Positions 31,169-43,797 are shown, counted from the stretch's first letter. The stretch is 64,000 nt of DNA from an uncultured Gemmatimonadales bacterium (GCA_963779755.1 CAVZZO010000003.1:128001-192000), one strand, 5' to 3'. The notes: generated by a model not told the origin, from the sequence alone. Numbers and translations are program-made.

Positions 31169-31990
31169 TCACGCCGCCGTGATGAAACTCAGGCTCCCGT
31201 CCGGCACCATCCCATCCGCCGCCAGGCGGCGGAAGAAGTCGGTGAGCCCGGCCAGATGGCGGTAGGACAGGGCATAATCCAGGTCGTCGAAATAGGACCG
31301 GCAGACGGCGCGGGGAATCCCGGTCTCCCGCGCGGCATCGTCGGCCAGCTCGTCGAGATGCGCCAGCCCCCAACCGCGCGACTCGAGCAGCGCGCGGTGC
31401 ACCACCCGCACCCGGGTCTGGTCGGCTTCGCGCCGCGCCGCCCAGACGGCGAACACGAAGGGAAGGCCGGTCCAGGCTTTCCACTCCGCGCCCAGGTCGA
31501 GGCGAACGGGATAGTCTTCGCGCGCCTGCAGCAGCAGCGCGGCGTCTCCGATCACCAGCACCGCCTCGTGCGGCAGCCCGCGCAAGGCCTCGAGATCGGC
31601 CGCCTCGGCCCGCGCGGTGGCGAATCGCGGCGCGATGCCCCAGCGGTGGCGGCAGAGCAGTTCCAGCAGCAGCACCGACGTGCGGGAGGACGCCGTTCGC
31701 AACACCGTGCGCCCATCCAGCTCCTCCACCGGCCGGCGGGAGAACAGCATGACGCTGCGCACCGGGCCGTCGCAGGAGATCGCGAGGTCGGGCAGCAGGT
31801 GGTAGGCGGCGGCGTTCCGGGCATACTCCACCGCCGAAACGACGCTCACGTCGAGCTCGCCGGCGGCCAGAAGATCGTTCAGCTCCGCGGCCGTCCCGCT
31901 CACCAGCCCCGCCGGGAGGGAAACCACGTTCCGGTCGATGGCGCCATAGACCGGATAGCAGTTGATCCAGGGAATCCGACCCAGTCTCAC
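31169..31990 (-). CDS. mqnA: Chorismate dehydratase (futalosine pathway)
   Basis: RLGRIPWINCYP, ISCDGPVRSV, SRTSV, LVIGDAAL, DLGAEWKAWTGLPFVFAVW. Confidence 0.94.
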   Translation of the reverse strand: MRLGRIPWINCYPVYGAIDRNVVSLPAGLVSGTAAELNDLLAAGELDVSVVSAVEYARNAAAYHLLPDLAISCDGPVRSVMLFSRRPVEELDGRTVLRTASSRTSVLLLELLCRHRWGIAPRFATARAEAADLEALRGLPHEAVLVIGDAALLLQAREDYPVRLDLGAEWKAWTGLPFVFAVWAARREADQTRVRVVHRALLESRGWGLAHLDELADDAARETGIPRAVCRSYFDDLDYALSYRHLAGLTDFFRRLAADGMVPDGSLSFITAA

Positions 31991-33174
31991 GCGGCGTGTA
32001 CCACGGGAAGACGGCGGGAGCGAGCCTCGGGACGGGGCGGCGGGTCGAAGGTCTCGCGCACCGGCCGATAGAGGCTGTCGCGCTCAACCGGGCGCTTCCC
32101 CGCCCCACGGATGAGGTCCACCAGCCCCTCGTAGGACATGCCCATGTCGGTCCGGGCGCCCGCTTCGTGATAGACGCGTTCGTAGATGACGGTGCCCTCG
32201 ACGTCGTCGCAGCCGAAGCCCAGCGCGATCTGGGAGAGAAAGGGCGTGACCATGGGCCAATGGGTCTTCACGTGGGGAATGCTGTCGAGGAAGAGCCGGC
32301 CCACCGCAATGGCCTTCAGGTCTTCATAGCCGGTGGTGGCGGTGCCGGCGCGGCCCAGCTCATCGCCCAGCTCGTTGTGATCGGGGTGATACGCCAGCGG
32401 GATGTAGGTAAGGAAGCCGCCGGTTCCGTCCTGCAGGCCGCGCAGCATGCTCAGGTGCTCGATCCGATCGTCGATGGTTTCGACGTGGCCGTACAGCATG
32501 GTGCAATTGGTGGGGATGCCGAGCCGGTGCGCGGTCCGGTGGACCTCCAGCCATTCCTGCCCGGTCAGCTTCCGCTCGGCGATAGTGGCGCGCACCGCCG
32601 TGCTGAAGACTTCGGCGCCGCCGCCCGGCAGGCTGGTGAGCCCCGCCTGCTTGAGCCGCTGCAATACCTCGGCCGTCGTGGTTTTCTCGATCCGGGCCAG
32701 GTGGGCGATCTCCACCGCCGTGAGCGCCTTGATGTGCACGCCCGGGTGGCGCTCCTTGAGGCCGCGGATCATGTCTTCGTAGTAGCTGAGCCGCAGCTTG
32801 GGATGCAGCCCGCCCACGATGTGGAACTCGCGGGTAGGCGAGCCGACCGCCTGCTCGGCCTCGAGGAAGACCTCGTCCAGGCTGCGGGTATAGGCGCCGT
32901 CTTCCTTCGGGGTGCGGGCGAAGGAACAGAAGACGCAGGTCTTGCGCAGAATACAGACGTTGGTCGGGTTGAGGTGCTGATTAGCGGAGAAAAACACCCG
33001 GTCGCCGTTGGCGCGCGCATTGGCGAAATCGGCCATGGCGCCCAGGGCCAGCAGATCGGACGTGGCGTAGAGTGCGCGCGCATCGGCGGCCTGCAGCCGG
33101 GTGCCGGCCAGCACTTTCTCGGCGACAGGACGAAGCGCGGGGTCCTGGAAGCGTGCTGGATCGAGCTGTGCCAT
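31987..33174 (-). CDS. mqnE: Aminofutalosine synthase (radical SAM)
   Basis: HLNPTNVCILRKTCVFCSF, EFHIVGGLHP, PGGGAEVF, NCTMLYGHVE. Confidence 0.92.
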   Translation of the reverse strand: MAQLDPARFQDPALRPVAEKVLAGTRLQAADARALYATSDLLALGAMADFANARANGDRVFFSANQHLNPTNVCILRKTCVFCSFARTPKEDGAYTRSLDEVFLEAEQAVGSPTREFHIVGGLHPKLRLSYYEDMIRGLKERHPGVHIKALTAVEIAHLARIEKTTTAEVLQRLKQAGLTSLPGGGAEVFSTAVRATIAERKLTGQEWLEVHRTAHRLGIPTNCTMLYGHVETIDDRIEHLSMLRGLQDGTGGFLTYIPLAYHPDHNELGDELGRAGTATTGYEDLKAIAVGRLFLDSIPHVKTHWPMVTPFLSQIALGFGCDDVEGTVIYERVYHEAGARTDMGMSYEGLVDLIRGAGKRPVERDSLYRPVRETFDPPPRPEARSRRLPVVHAA

Positions 33175-33191
33175 CGCCGCTCCTACGGCCG

Positions 33192-33251
33192 GAGAGTGGG
33201 CAGAACGGGCAGAGTGGGCCGTGGCGGCGCCTGCCCACTCCGCCCACTCTG
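33192..33251. repeat. Nonamer tandem/inverted repeat (AGAGTGGGC family)
   Basis: agagtgggc agaacgggc agagtgggc ... gcccactcc gcccactct. Confidence 0.8.
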
Positions 33252-33284
33252 TTCCATCAATCTAGCCTCTCGAACCGCCCTCAT

Positions 33285-34121
33285 TCAACGCCTCGCTTCG
33301 GTCAATCGCCGGTAGCTGGCCAGGTGCTGGATGGCACCGCGCTTGTCGCCGCGCCTCTCCAGCAGGCGGGCGAGATTGAAGTGGGCGTCGGCCGAGTCCG
33401 GATCGGCGGCCACGGCCCGTTCATACGCCCGGATGGCCTCCGCCGGCCGGTTCAGATCCTCCAGCGCAATCCCGAGGTTGAACGCGGCCTCGGCCAGGCG
33501 GGGGGCCGCCGCCAGGGCCGCCTCGTATTCGCGTGCGGCCCCCCGGACATCGCCCGACTCGTAGAGCAGCAGCCCCAGCGCCGCATGGGCCGCGGCGTGC
33601 CCCGGCTCCAGCGCGAGGACCCGCTGGTAGGCATCGCGGGCCTGGGCAGGCTGCGCCAGCTCCAGCTCCTGGCCCAGCTGGTACCAGTCCTCGGCGCCGA
33701 CCCGGGCGGGCTCGGCCCGGGCCTGGCTGGCCGCTTGTCGCGCCAGCGGCGCCACCAGCGGGACCAGCTCGGAGACGGCGAAATCGAACTGGAGCTGGCC
33801 GTCCGCCGGATTCCAGGTTGACTCTTCATCCCGGGCCAGGACCTGGCCATCCACCGCCATGATGCGCAGACCGGTGAGCGGCCGCCCCAGCGGCAGCTGT
33901 TTCCGGAGCCGGCGCAGCGCCCGCAGGACCGTCCGGGGGGAGACCCTGGCTTCGGTCAGCTCCCGGGCGGTGCGCAGCAGCACGACGTCCTGGAACGAGA
34001 AGCGGTACGCGCCCCGGGGGGCGCGATCCGGCTGGATGAATCCCGCGCGGGCGTAGCGCCGTACCTGCCAGACGGAGAGACCGAGCAGATCGGCGACATC
34101 GCGCGTACCATAACGCTTCAT
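33285..34121 (-). CDS. MerR-type HTH plus C-terminal TPR protein
   Basis: YGTRDVADLLGLSVWQVRRYARAGFIQP..YRFSFQDV (MerR HTH) followed by TPRs (AAFNLGIALED, AHFNLARLLE). Confidence 0.85.
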   Translation of the reverse strand: MKRYGTRDVADLLGLSVWQVRRYARAGFIQPDRAPRGAYRFSFQDVVLLRTARELTEARVSPRTVLRALRRLRKQLPLGRPLTGLRIMAVDGQVLARDEESTWNPADGQLQFDFAVSELVPLVAPLARQAASQARAEPARVGAEDWYQLGQELELAQPAQARDAYQRVLALEPGHAAAHAALGLLLYESGDVRGAAREYEAALAAAPRLAEAAFNLGIALEDLNRPAEAIRAYERAVAADPDSADAHFNLARLLERRGDKRGAIQHLASYRRLTEARR

Positions 34122-34197
34122 CCGAGAAGTCTCGGAAACGAACAAGGCGACCCGCCGGGCCGCCTCGCAAGGAACCACGCGTCGGACGGGCGCATGC

Positions 34198-35073
34198 TCA
34201 GCCGGAGGAAGCCTTCCTGCTGGTCTTGCGGCCCGCGCTCTTGGCCCGCGAACGACTGGGTGGCTTGCGCTCGGACTTTTCCTCCGCCGCGGCGCCGCTC
34301 TTCTTCTTGGCCAGGCTGGCCTTCAGGGCATCCATGATGTCGATGATCTTGGCCTCCGGCTCCGGCTCGGCGGCCGCGACGATCTCCTCGCCCTCGACCT
34401 TGCGCTGGATCAGCGCCTGCACCCGCTCCTTGACCTCGTCCTTGTACTCTTCGGGGCGGAACTCGTCCGACCTGGTCTGCTCGATGAGCTGGACGGCCAG
34501 CTTGACCTCGGCGTCCTTGACCTTCCCGTCTCCCAGGGGCACCTCGGAGAAGGGACGGATCTCGTCGGCATAGTGGAGCTGTTCCATGATCAGGCCTTCG
34601 TCGCGCGGGCGCAGCATGACCAGATACTGCTTGCCCCGGGCGGCGTACTTGCCCAGGGCCACCATCCCCGTCTGGCGCATGGCCTCGCCCAGCAGACGAT
34701 AGGCCCGGTCTCCGCCCTTGTCGGGGCCCAGGTAGTAGGCCTTGTCGTAATAGACCGGATCGACCTGGTCGCCCGGGACGAACTCGGTAATTTCGATGGC
34801 TTCTTTCGAGACTTCCTCCAACGCCTTCAGCTCCTCGGGATTGAAGAGCACGTACTGCCCCTTGGAGAATTCGTAGCCTTTGACGATATCGTTGCGGTCC
34901 ACCACTTCCTCGTCTTTGGGGCACCAGTACTGCTGCTTCAGGCGGGTCCCGCACTTGGCATGGACCATATTGAAGGAAATGCCGGACGAGGGCTGGCTTG
35001 CGGAATAGAGCTTGACCGGGACGGTCACCAACCCGAAAGAGATCGTGGCGTTAGCCAGGGGGCGAGGAGGCAT
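34198..35073 (-). CDS. ku: NHEJ Ku protein
   Basis: ATISFGLVTVPVKLYSA, DIVKGYE, YYDKAYYLGP, IDIMDALKASL and a basic C-terminal tail. Confidence 0.96.
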   Translation of the reverse strand: MPPRPLANATISFGLVTVPVKLYSASQPSSGISFNMVHAKCGTRLKQQYWCPKDEEVVDRNDIVKGYEFSKGQYVLFNPEELKALEEVSKEAIEITEFVPGDQVDPVYYDKAYYLGPDKGGDRAYRLLGEAMRQTGMVALGKYAARGKQYLVMLRPRDEGLIMEQLHYADEIRPFSEVPLGDGKVKDAEVKLAVQLIEQTRSDEFRPEEYKDEVKERVQALIQRKVEGEEIVAAAEPEPEAKIIDIMDALKASLAKKKSGAAAEEKSERKPPSRSRAKSAGRKTSRKASSG

Positions 35074-35081
35074 AGGCATTG

Positions 35082-35110
35082 ACGATATCACTTAAGTGCA
35101 ATGGCCGCAA
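35082..35110 (-). promoter_or_regulatory. Putative ku promoter with a palindrome in the spacer
   Basis: TTGCGG-17 bp-TATCGT, 8 nt before ATG 35073; the spacer contains the perfect palindrome CACTTAAGTG (35089-35098). Confidence 0.45.
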
Positions 35111-35174
35111 TACCTAACGTACCCCCCCCCTTCCCCCCCTCCCAACGGCGGCCGGACGGCAAGGAGGTGGCGAG

Positions 35175-37708
35175 GTGAAGGGCGGGAAGCTTTCCGAGTA
35201 CCGGGCGAAACGGTCGGCCGAGCGCACCACCGAGCCCTTCGGGGGCGCGGCGGGCGAGGGCGGCGTCCTGGGCTTCGTGGTCCAGAAGCACTGGGCAAGC
35301 CATATGCACTACGACTTCCGGCTGGAATGGGGCGGCGTGCTCCTCTCCTGGGCGGTGCCCAAGGGTCCCTCCCCCGATCCGGCGGACAAGCGCCTGGCCA
35401 TGCATGTCGAAGACCACCCGCTGGAGTACGCCGACTTCGAAGGAATCATCCCCGAAGGCAACTACGGCGCCGGGGCGGTCATCGTCTGGGATCGCGGCAC
35501 CTGGACACCGCTCAACGATATCGACGAAGGTCTGAAGAGCGGCAAACTTCTGTTCGATCTGCACGGCTTCAAGCTCAAGGGCCGCTGGACGCTGGTGAAG
35601 GTGAAACGGGGCCCCAAGGAATGGCTCCTGATCAAGGAGCGCGACGGGTATGTCCGGGAGGGCGGCGCGGCGCTCCTGCCCCAGGAATCGGTGGTCTCGG
35701 GACTCACCGTCGAGGAACTGCGGGAGGGCAGGAACCCGGCCGCCGAGCTGGAGCAGGCCCTGGCAGCGACCGGCGCCCCCAGGCGGGCACTGAACGCCGG
35801 GGATGTGGGCATCATGCTGGCCGAACCGCGGAAGGAGCCGTTCAGCCGGAAAGGCTGGCTCTTCGAGCCCAAGCTGGACGGGTACCGGATCATCGCCGGG
35901 AAGCAGGAGGACCGGGTCGCCCTGCTCTCCCGGAACGGGAACGACCTGACCGGTACATTCCCCGAGGTCGCGCGGGCCGTGGGGCTCCTGCCCGTCCAGG
36001 CGCTGGTTCTCGACGGCGAAGTCGTGGTGCCCGATGAGCGCGGCGTGCCCAGCTTCCAGGCGCTGCAGAAACGGGGCGGCCTGAGCAAACCGGCCGACGT
36101 CGCCCGGATGGCGCGGGAGCTCCCGGCGCAGTACTACGTGTTCGACCTGCCGGGAGCACTGGGGCGCGACCTGCGCGGGCTCCCCCTGGCCCGCCGCAAG
36201 GAACTGCTCCAGCAGGTGGTGCCGCCCACCGGTCTGCTGCGCTACACCGAGCATTTCGCCACCGACGGCGAGCTGGTCTACGAGCAGGCGCGGAAGATGG
36301 GCTTCGAAGGCATGGTGGCGAAGAAGGCCGACAGTCCCTACCGGAGCGGCCGGTCGGGCGACTGGCTCAAGATCCGGGCGGATCATACCGGCGACTTCGC
36401 CGTGGTGGGCTTCACCCGGCCCAAGGGGAACCGCAGCGGCTTCGGTGCGCTGCAGCTGGCCGCGTGGGACGGCACCCAGCTGGCCTATGTCGGCCGGGTG
36501 GGCACGGGGTTCTCCGATGCCCAGCTGGAGGAGGTGGCCAGCCTGCTGGAAGAGGCGAAGCGCACCAGTCCCCCCTGCTGTAACGCCCCCCCGACCGGGC
36601 GACGACCTGGGTGGAGCCCGCGGTGGTGGTGGAGGTGCGCTACCGCGAGTGGACCGAGCAGGGCCTCCTGCGCCACCCGGTGTTCCTCCGCTTCCGGCCC
36701 GACAAGGATCCCGAGCAGTGCGAGATGCCGGCGGAGCCCGGCGCGCCGGCCTCGGCTCCGAAGGCTGTTGCTCCACCTTCCGCCGCACCCGCGGCCGCAC
36801 CGGCATCGGCGGCGCGGGTGGTGAACTTCACCAATCTGGAGAAGGTCTTCTGGCCGGAGGAGGGCTCCACCAAGGGGGACCTGATCGAGTACTACCGCGC
36901 GGTGGCGCCCGCCTTGCTCCCCTACCTCAAGGACCGGCCGGTGGTGCTCACCCGCTATCCCGACGGCATCGCGGGCAAGTCGTTCTTTCAGAAGGACGCG
37001 CCGGCGTTCGCGCCGTCCTGGGTACGCACCGAGACCATCTGGAGCGGGGGCTCGGAGCGGGAGTTGCGCTATTTCATCTGCAACGACCTGGAAACGCTGC
37101 TCTATCTCGCCAACATGGGGACCATTCCCCTGCACGTCTGGGCCAGCCGCCTGGGCAGCCTGGAGCGGCCCGACTGGTGCATTCTCGACCTGGATCCGAA
37201 GGAGGCGCCCTTTGCGCATGTCATCCAGGTGGCCACGGCGCTGCACCGGCTCTGCCGCGACATCCGGCTGCCGCATTACGTCAAGACCAGCGGATCCACC
37301 GGCCTGCACGTGCTTGTTCCCCTGGGCCGGCAGTTCACCTTCGAGCAGTGCCGCTCGCTGGGCGAGCTGCTGGCCCGGGTGGTGGTCTCCGAGCTCCCGG
37401 AGATCGCTACGATCATCCGGCGGCCCGGGAGCCGCGGCGGCAAGGTGTACGTGGATTTCCTGCAGAACGGCCACGGCAAGCTGCTGGTGGCCCCCTACAG
37501 CGCCCGCCCCCGCCCCGGGGCGACGGTTTCTGCTCCGTTGGACTGGAAAGAGGTGAACCGCAAGCTCACCATGGAGCAGTTCACCATCCGCAGCATGCCC
37601 CAGCGCCTCAAGCGCAAGCGGAAGGACCCCCTGCTGCCGGTGTTGAGCGAGGTACCCGATCTGGCGGGGGTGCTGGAGCGGCTGGTGGCGCGGGGGGGAC
37701 GAGCGTAA
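35175..37708 (+). CDS. ligD: NHEJ DNA ligase D (PE-ligase-polymerase), split by a -1 frameshift at a C7 tract (36586-36592)
   Basis: PE domain FVVQKH..HYDFRLE, ligase EPKLDGYR/EGMVAK, Pol domain RYPDGI..FFQK/KTSGSTGLH. One extra C joins ORFs 35175..36824 and 36611..37708 into an 844-aa protein. Confidence 0.93.
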
Positions 37709-37795
37709 CCTCGACCCCCTCGACCTTCTCGACCCCTCGACCTCTTCAAGATCGTTGCGATCCCTGGCAGGTCGAGGGCGTCGAGAGAGTCGAGC
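37708..37795. repeat. Nonamer tandem/inverted repeat (CTCGACC family) between ligD and the tRNA-Ser 3' end
   Basis: cctcgaccc cctcgacct tctcgacc cctcgacct ... ggtcgaggg cgtcgagag agtcgag; same family as 27412-27484. Confidence 0.85.
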
Positions 37796-37810
37796 CAGAG
37801 CTGCTCACCA

Positions 37811-37897
37811 CGGACAGGGTGGGATTCGAACCCACGAGACCCTTGCGGGCCCACCGGTTTTCGAGACCGGCTCCTTCAGCCACTCGGACACCTGTCC
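37811..37897 (-). tRNA. tRNA-Ser (anticodon CGA)
   Basis: Minus strand GGACAGG..CCTGTCC-G acceptor, anticodon arm CCGGT-CTCGAAA-ACCGG, long variable arm, GTGGG-TTCGAAT-CCCAC. CCA not encoded. Confidence 0.95.
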
Positions 37898-37908
37898 CAA
37901 GGGCGGCA

Positions 37909-37937
37909 AAGTTATCGCCGGAGCGATGGATGTTCAA
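37909..37937 (-). promoter_or_regulatory. Sigma-70-type promoter of tRNA-Ser
   Basis: TTGAAC-17 bp-TAACTT about 11 nt upstream of the tRNA. Confidence 0.6.
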
Positions 37938-38010
37938 CGCCTGTGGCGAGGGTCACCGCAGAGGGACGGCCCGGTGGGTATCGATGGGCCGGATAGTCGC
38001 CAGTCGTTCA

Positions 38011-38050
38011 TCGCACGCCTCACGTCTTACGTCTCATCTCTTACGTCTTT
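38011..38050. repeat. Heptamer tandem repeat (YCTYACG family), one arm only
   Basis: cgcacg cctcacg tcttacg tctcatc tcttacg. Confidence 0.7.
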
Positions 38051-38056
38051 CTGACC

Positions 38057-38971
38057 ATGGCCTCATCCTCCCCCAGCCTTCCCACCCGCCCGCTGGGCCG
38101 CACCGGTGAGGAGGTGTCGCTGGTGGGCCTGGGCGGTTTCCACCTGGGCATCCCTTCCGAGGACGAGGCCATCGGCATCGTCCGCCAGGCGCTGGATGGC
38201 GGGATCACCTTTCTGGACAATTCGTGGGATTACAACGACGGACTCAGCGAGATCCGGATGGGAAAGGCCTTGAGGGACGGGTATCGCGACCGTGCCTTTC
38301 TGATGACCAAGATCGACGGCCGCACCAGCGCCTCCGCGGCGCGGCAGCTGGAGGAGTCGCTGGAGCGGCTGCAGACCGATCATCTCGACCTGCTGCAGTT
38401 CCACGAGGTGATCCGTCCCTCCGACCCTGAACGTATCTTCGCGCCCGGCGGCGCGCTGGAGGCGGTGCTGGAAGCGCGGGAGGCAGGCAAGGTCCGGTTC
38501 ATCGGGTTCACCGGCCACAAGAGCCCGGCCATACACACCCGGATGCTGGAGATCGCCCTGGCGAACCGGTTCCGGTTCGATACGGTGCAGATGCCGCTCA
38601 ACGTGATGGATGCCCACTTCGACAGCTTCGAGCGCCAGGTGCTGCCGCTGCTCCAGGACCAGGGCATCGGCATCCTGGGGATGAAGTCGATGGGCGATCC
38701 GTTCATTCTGCACAGCGGGATCGTCACGCCCCTGGAGTGCCTGCACTATGCCATGAGCCTGCCGGTGAGCGTGGTGATCACCGGGTGCGAATCGCGGGAG
38801 CGGGTGGAACAGGCGCTGCAGGCGGCCCGGAGCTTCCGGCCCTTCACGCCGGCCGACCGCGAAGCCCTCCTGGCCCGCACCGCGCCGGCCGCCGGGAACG
38901 GCCGCTATGAGCTCTACAAGAGCACGGAGACTTTCGATTCCACCAGCCGGAACCCGGCCTGGCTGGGATGA
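38057..38971 (+). CDS. Aldo/keto reductase
   Basis: RPLGRTGEEVSLVGLGG, FLDNSWDY, SLERLQTDHLDLLQFH, GKVRFIGFTGH. Confidence 0.93.
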   Translation: MASSSPSLPTRPLGRTGEEVSLVGLGGFHLGIPSEDEAIGIVRQALDGGITFLDNSWDYNDGLSEIRMGKALRDGYRDRAFLMTKIDGRTSASAARQLEESLERLQTDHLDLLQFHEVIRPSDPERIFAPGGALEAVLEAREAGKVRFIGFTGHKSPAIHTRMLEIALANRFRFDTVQMPLNVMDAHFDSFERQVLPLLQDQGIGILGMKSMGDPFILHSGIVTPLECLHYAMSLPVSVVITGCESRERVEQALQAARSFRPFTPADREALLARTAPAAGNGRYELYKSTETFDSTSRNPAWLG

Positions 38972-38981
38972 AGGAGGAGTG

Positions 38982-39368
38982 ATGGTCTTTCCATTCCTCG
39001 CACGGTACAGCGAGGTCGCGCTACTACTGCTGCGCCTCCTGATCGCGGCGGTCTTCGCCTCGAGCGGCTGGTCGCATGCCACTCGCCCGCAGGAACGGGC
39101 CGGGAGCGTCGGCATGCCGGCCGGCGCCACGATGGTGCTGGGCATTGCCGAACTGGCAGGCGCGGTGTCCCTGGCCCTGGGCTTCTATGCGCAGCTGGGC
39201 GCCATGCTGCTCGCCCTCGTAATGCTGGGAGCGATTTACAAGAAGATGTTCGTCTGGCAGACGGGGTTCTGGGGCGGCGAGAGCAACGGCTGGTACTATG
39301 ACCTGCTGTATCTGGTCTGCAACCTCGTGATCCTCACTGCGGGTGCCGGCGCCCTGGCGGTTACCTGA
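38982..39368 (+). CDS. DoxX family membrane protein
   Basis: LLLLRLLIAAVFASSG, ELAGAVSLALG, AGAGALAV; AGGAGG RBS. Confidence 0.85.
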   Translation: MVFPFLARYSEVALLLLRLLIAAVFASSGWSHATRPQERAGSVGMPAGATMVLGIAELAGAVSLALGFYAQLGAMLLALVMLGAIYKKMFVWQTGFWGGESNGWYYDLLYLVCNLVILTAGAGALAVT

Positions 39369-39377
39369 GTGGGTAGA

Positions 39378-39435
39378 TCGTGAGGCGTGAGGGGTAACAC
39401 GATCCCCAGCACGCCTCACGCCTCACCCTTACGTC
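39378..39435. repeat. Heptamer tandem/inverted repeat (CGTGAGG family) between convergent genes
   Basis: cgtgagg cgtgagg ggtaac ... cgcctca cgcctca cccttacg. Confidence 0.8.
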
Positions 39436-39993
39436 CTACGATTTCACCGCCTGCACTTCAAGGTGGATCTTCAGCTGATTTCCGACGAGGATACCGCCGG
39501 TCTCCAGCGCCTGATTCCAGGTCAGGCCGAACTGGCGGCGGTCGATGGCCGTGTCGGCGGTGAAGGACAACCGCTCACCGCCCCAGGGGTCCTTCCCCTG
39601 CCCTTCATAGGTGACGTCCAGAGTCACTTCCCTGGTGGTCCCCCGGATAGTGAGATCCCCCACCACCGTGAAGCTGTCGCCTTCGCGCTGGTAGGCACCC
39701 TGCACCCGCTTGCTGCTGAAGCGGATTTCCGGATGGTGCTCCACGTCGAGAAAATCGCCGGACCGGAGGTGATTGTCCCGGTCCTCGACGCCGGTCGAGA
39801 TGGTGGATGCGTCGATGATGACGTGTACCTGCGACTCTTCCGGGTTACCCTCGTCCGCCTCGATGCCGCCTTCCACGCCGCTGAAACGGCCTTTCACCGT
39901 CGTGATCATCATGTGTTTCGCCGCCACTTCCACCAGCGTATGCGCCGGATCGATCTTCCAGGTAGTGACCTGCGTGCCGGTTTGTGTTGCCAT
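39436..39993 (-). CDS. YceI-family polyisoprenoid-binding protein
   Basis: WKIDPAHT, RDNHLRSGDFLD, GDLTIRGTTREV, IDRRQFGLTWN; GGAGG RBS. Confidence 0.94.
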   Translation of the reverse strand: MATQTGTQVTTWKIDPAHTLVEVAAKHMMITTVKGRFSGVEGGIEADEGNPEESQVHVIIDASTISTGVEDRDNHLRSGDFLDVEHHPEIRFSSKRVQGAYQREGDSFTVVGDLTIRGTTREVTLDVTYEGQGKDPWGGERLSFTADTAIDRRQFGLTWNQALETGGILVGNQLKIHLEVQAVKS

Positions 39994-40150
39994 GGTTCCC
40001 TCCTCCAGAATCGACGTCCTGCCGGTTAACGATGTGCCGGTTCCGGCGGCACCGCCGGAACGGGGTTGAGCCGCCGGATCCACCCGGCGAATTCCTGCAG
40101 AAACGCCCCGACGACTCGCCGCGTGCCGGCGTCGATCGCCGTGGTGATGG

Positions 40151-40192
40151 ATGTCACAACATCTTGTGTGATAACATTCATTGTTGCACAAA
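40151..40192. promoter_or_regulatory. Array of palindromic operator-like boxes upstream of yceI (putative MarR sites)
   Basis: ATGTCACAACAT (40151), GTGTGATAACAT (40166), TTGTTGCACAAA (40181) at 15-bp spacing; matching GTGTTGTAACAT upstream of marR. Confidence 0.6.
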
Positions 40193-40199
40193 AACTCCT

Positions 40200-40661
40200 C
40201 TAGAGCTGCGCCCGGATCCGCTCCAGCAGATCCACCAGCACCACCCGTTCGCTGGCCGAGAGGCCGGCCAGGACCTCCAGCTGGCTGGCAACCGCGGGAC
40301 CGGCGGCCTCTAACAACCTCAGGCCGTCCGCGGTGATGCGGTTGGTTACGAACCGCCGGTCGTTCCCTTCCCTGGCCCGCGCCACCAGGCCCATCTCTTC
40401 CAGGCGGTCGAGCAGACGCGTGGCATCCGGAACCCGGGCGACCAGCCGGTCGCGGACCTCGTTGCGGCAGAGGCCGCCCTTGCCCGCCCCCCGCAGGATT
40501 CGCAGAGCGTTGTACTGCGTAGGCGTGATTCCATGGGGCCGGAGCAGTTCCGCCAGGCTGTGCTCCAGCAGCGCCGCCGTCCGGGCAATGCCCAGAATGG
40601 CCTCTTCCTCTATTGCGAAGGGCCGGGACTGTTTGATCTCGGCCTGCAGCGTACCTGACAT
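40200..40661 (-). CDS. MarR family transcriptional regulator
   Basis: GITPTQYNALRILRG, PDATRLLDRLEEMGLV..DRR wHTH. Confidence 0.94.
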   Translation of the reverse strand: MSGTLQAEIKQSRPFAIEEEAILGIARTAALLEHSLAELLRPHGITPTQYNALRILRGAGKGGLCRNEVRDRLVARVPDATRLLDRLEEMGLVARAREGNDRRFVTNRITADGLRLLEAAGPAVASQLEVLAGLSASERVVLVDLLERIRAQL

Positions 40662-40668
40662 ACCGGGA

Positions 40669-40696
40669 AATATAGGTGTTGTAACATGTATGTCAA
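40669..40696 (-). promoter_or_regulatory. marR promoter (leaderless) with an operator in the spacer
   Basis: TTGACA-16 bp-TATATT, 7 nt before ATG; palindromic box at 40676-40687. Confidence 0.65.
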
Positions 40697-40706
40697 GGGA
40701 GGCGGA

Positions 40707-43797
<3,091 letters not shown>

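Noticed and set aside
33285..37897. Genomic island (NHEJ genes) integrated at the tRNA-Ser 3' end
   Set aside because: No integrase, no duplicated tRNA 3' end found, no visible compositional shift, and host-type repeat elements flank the block.
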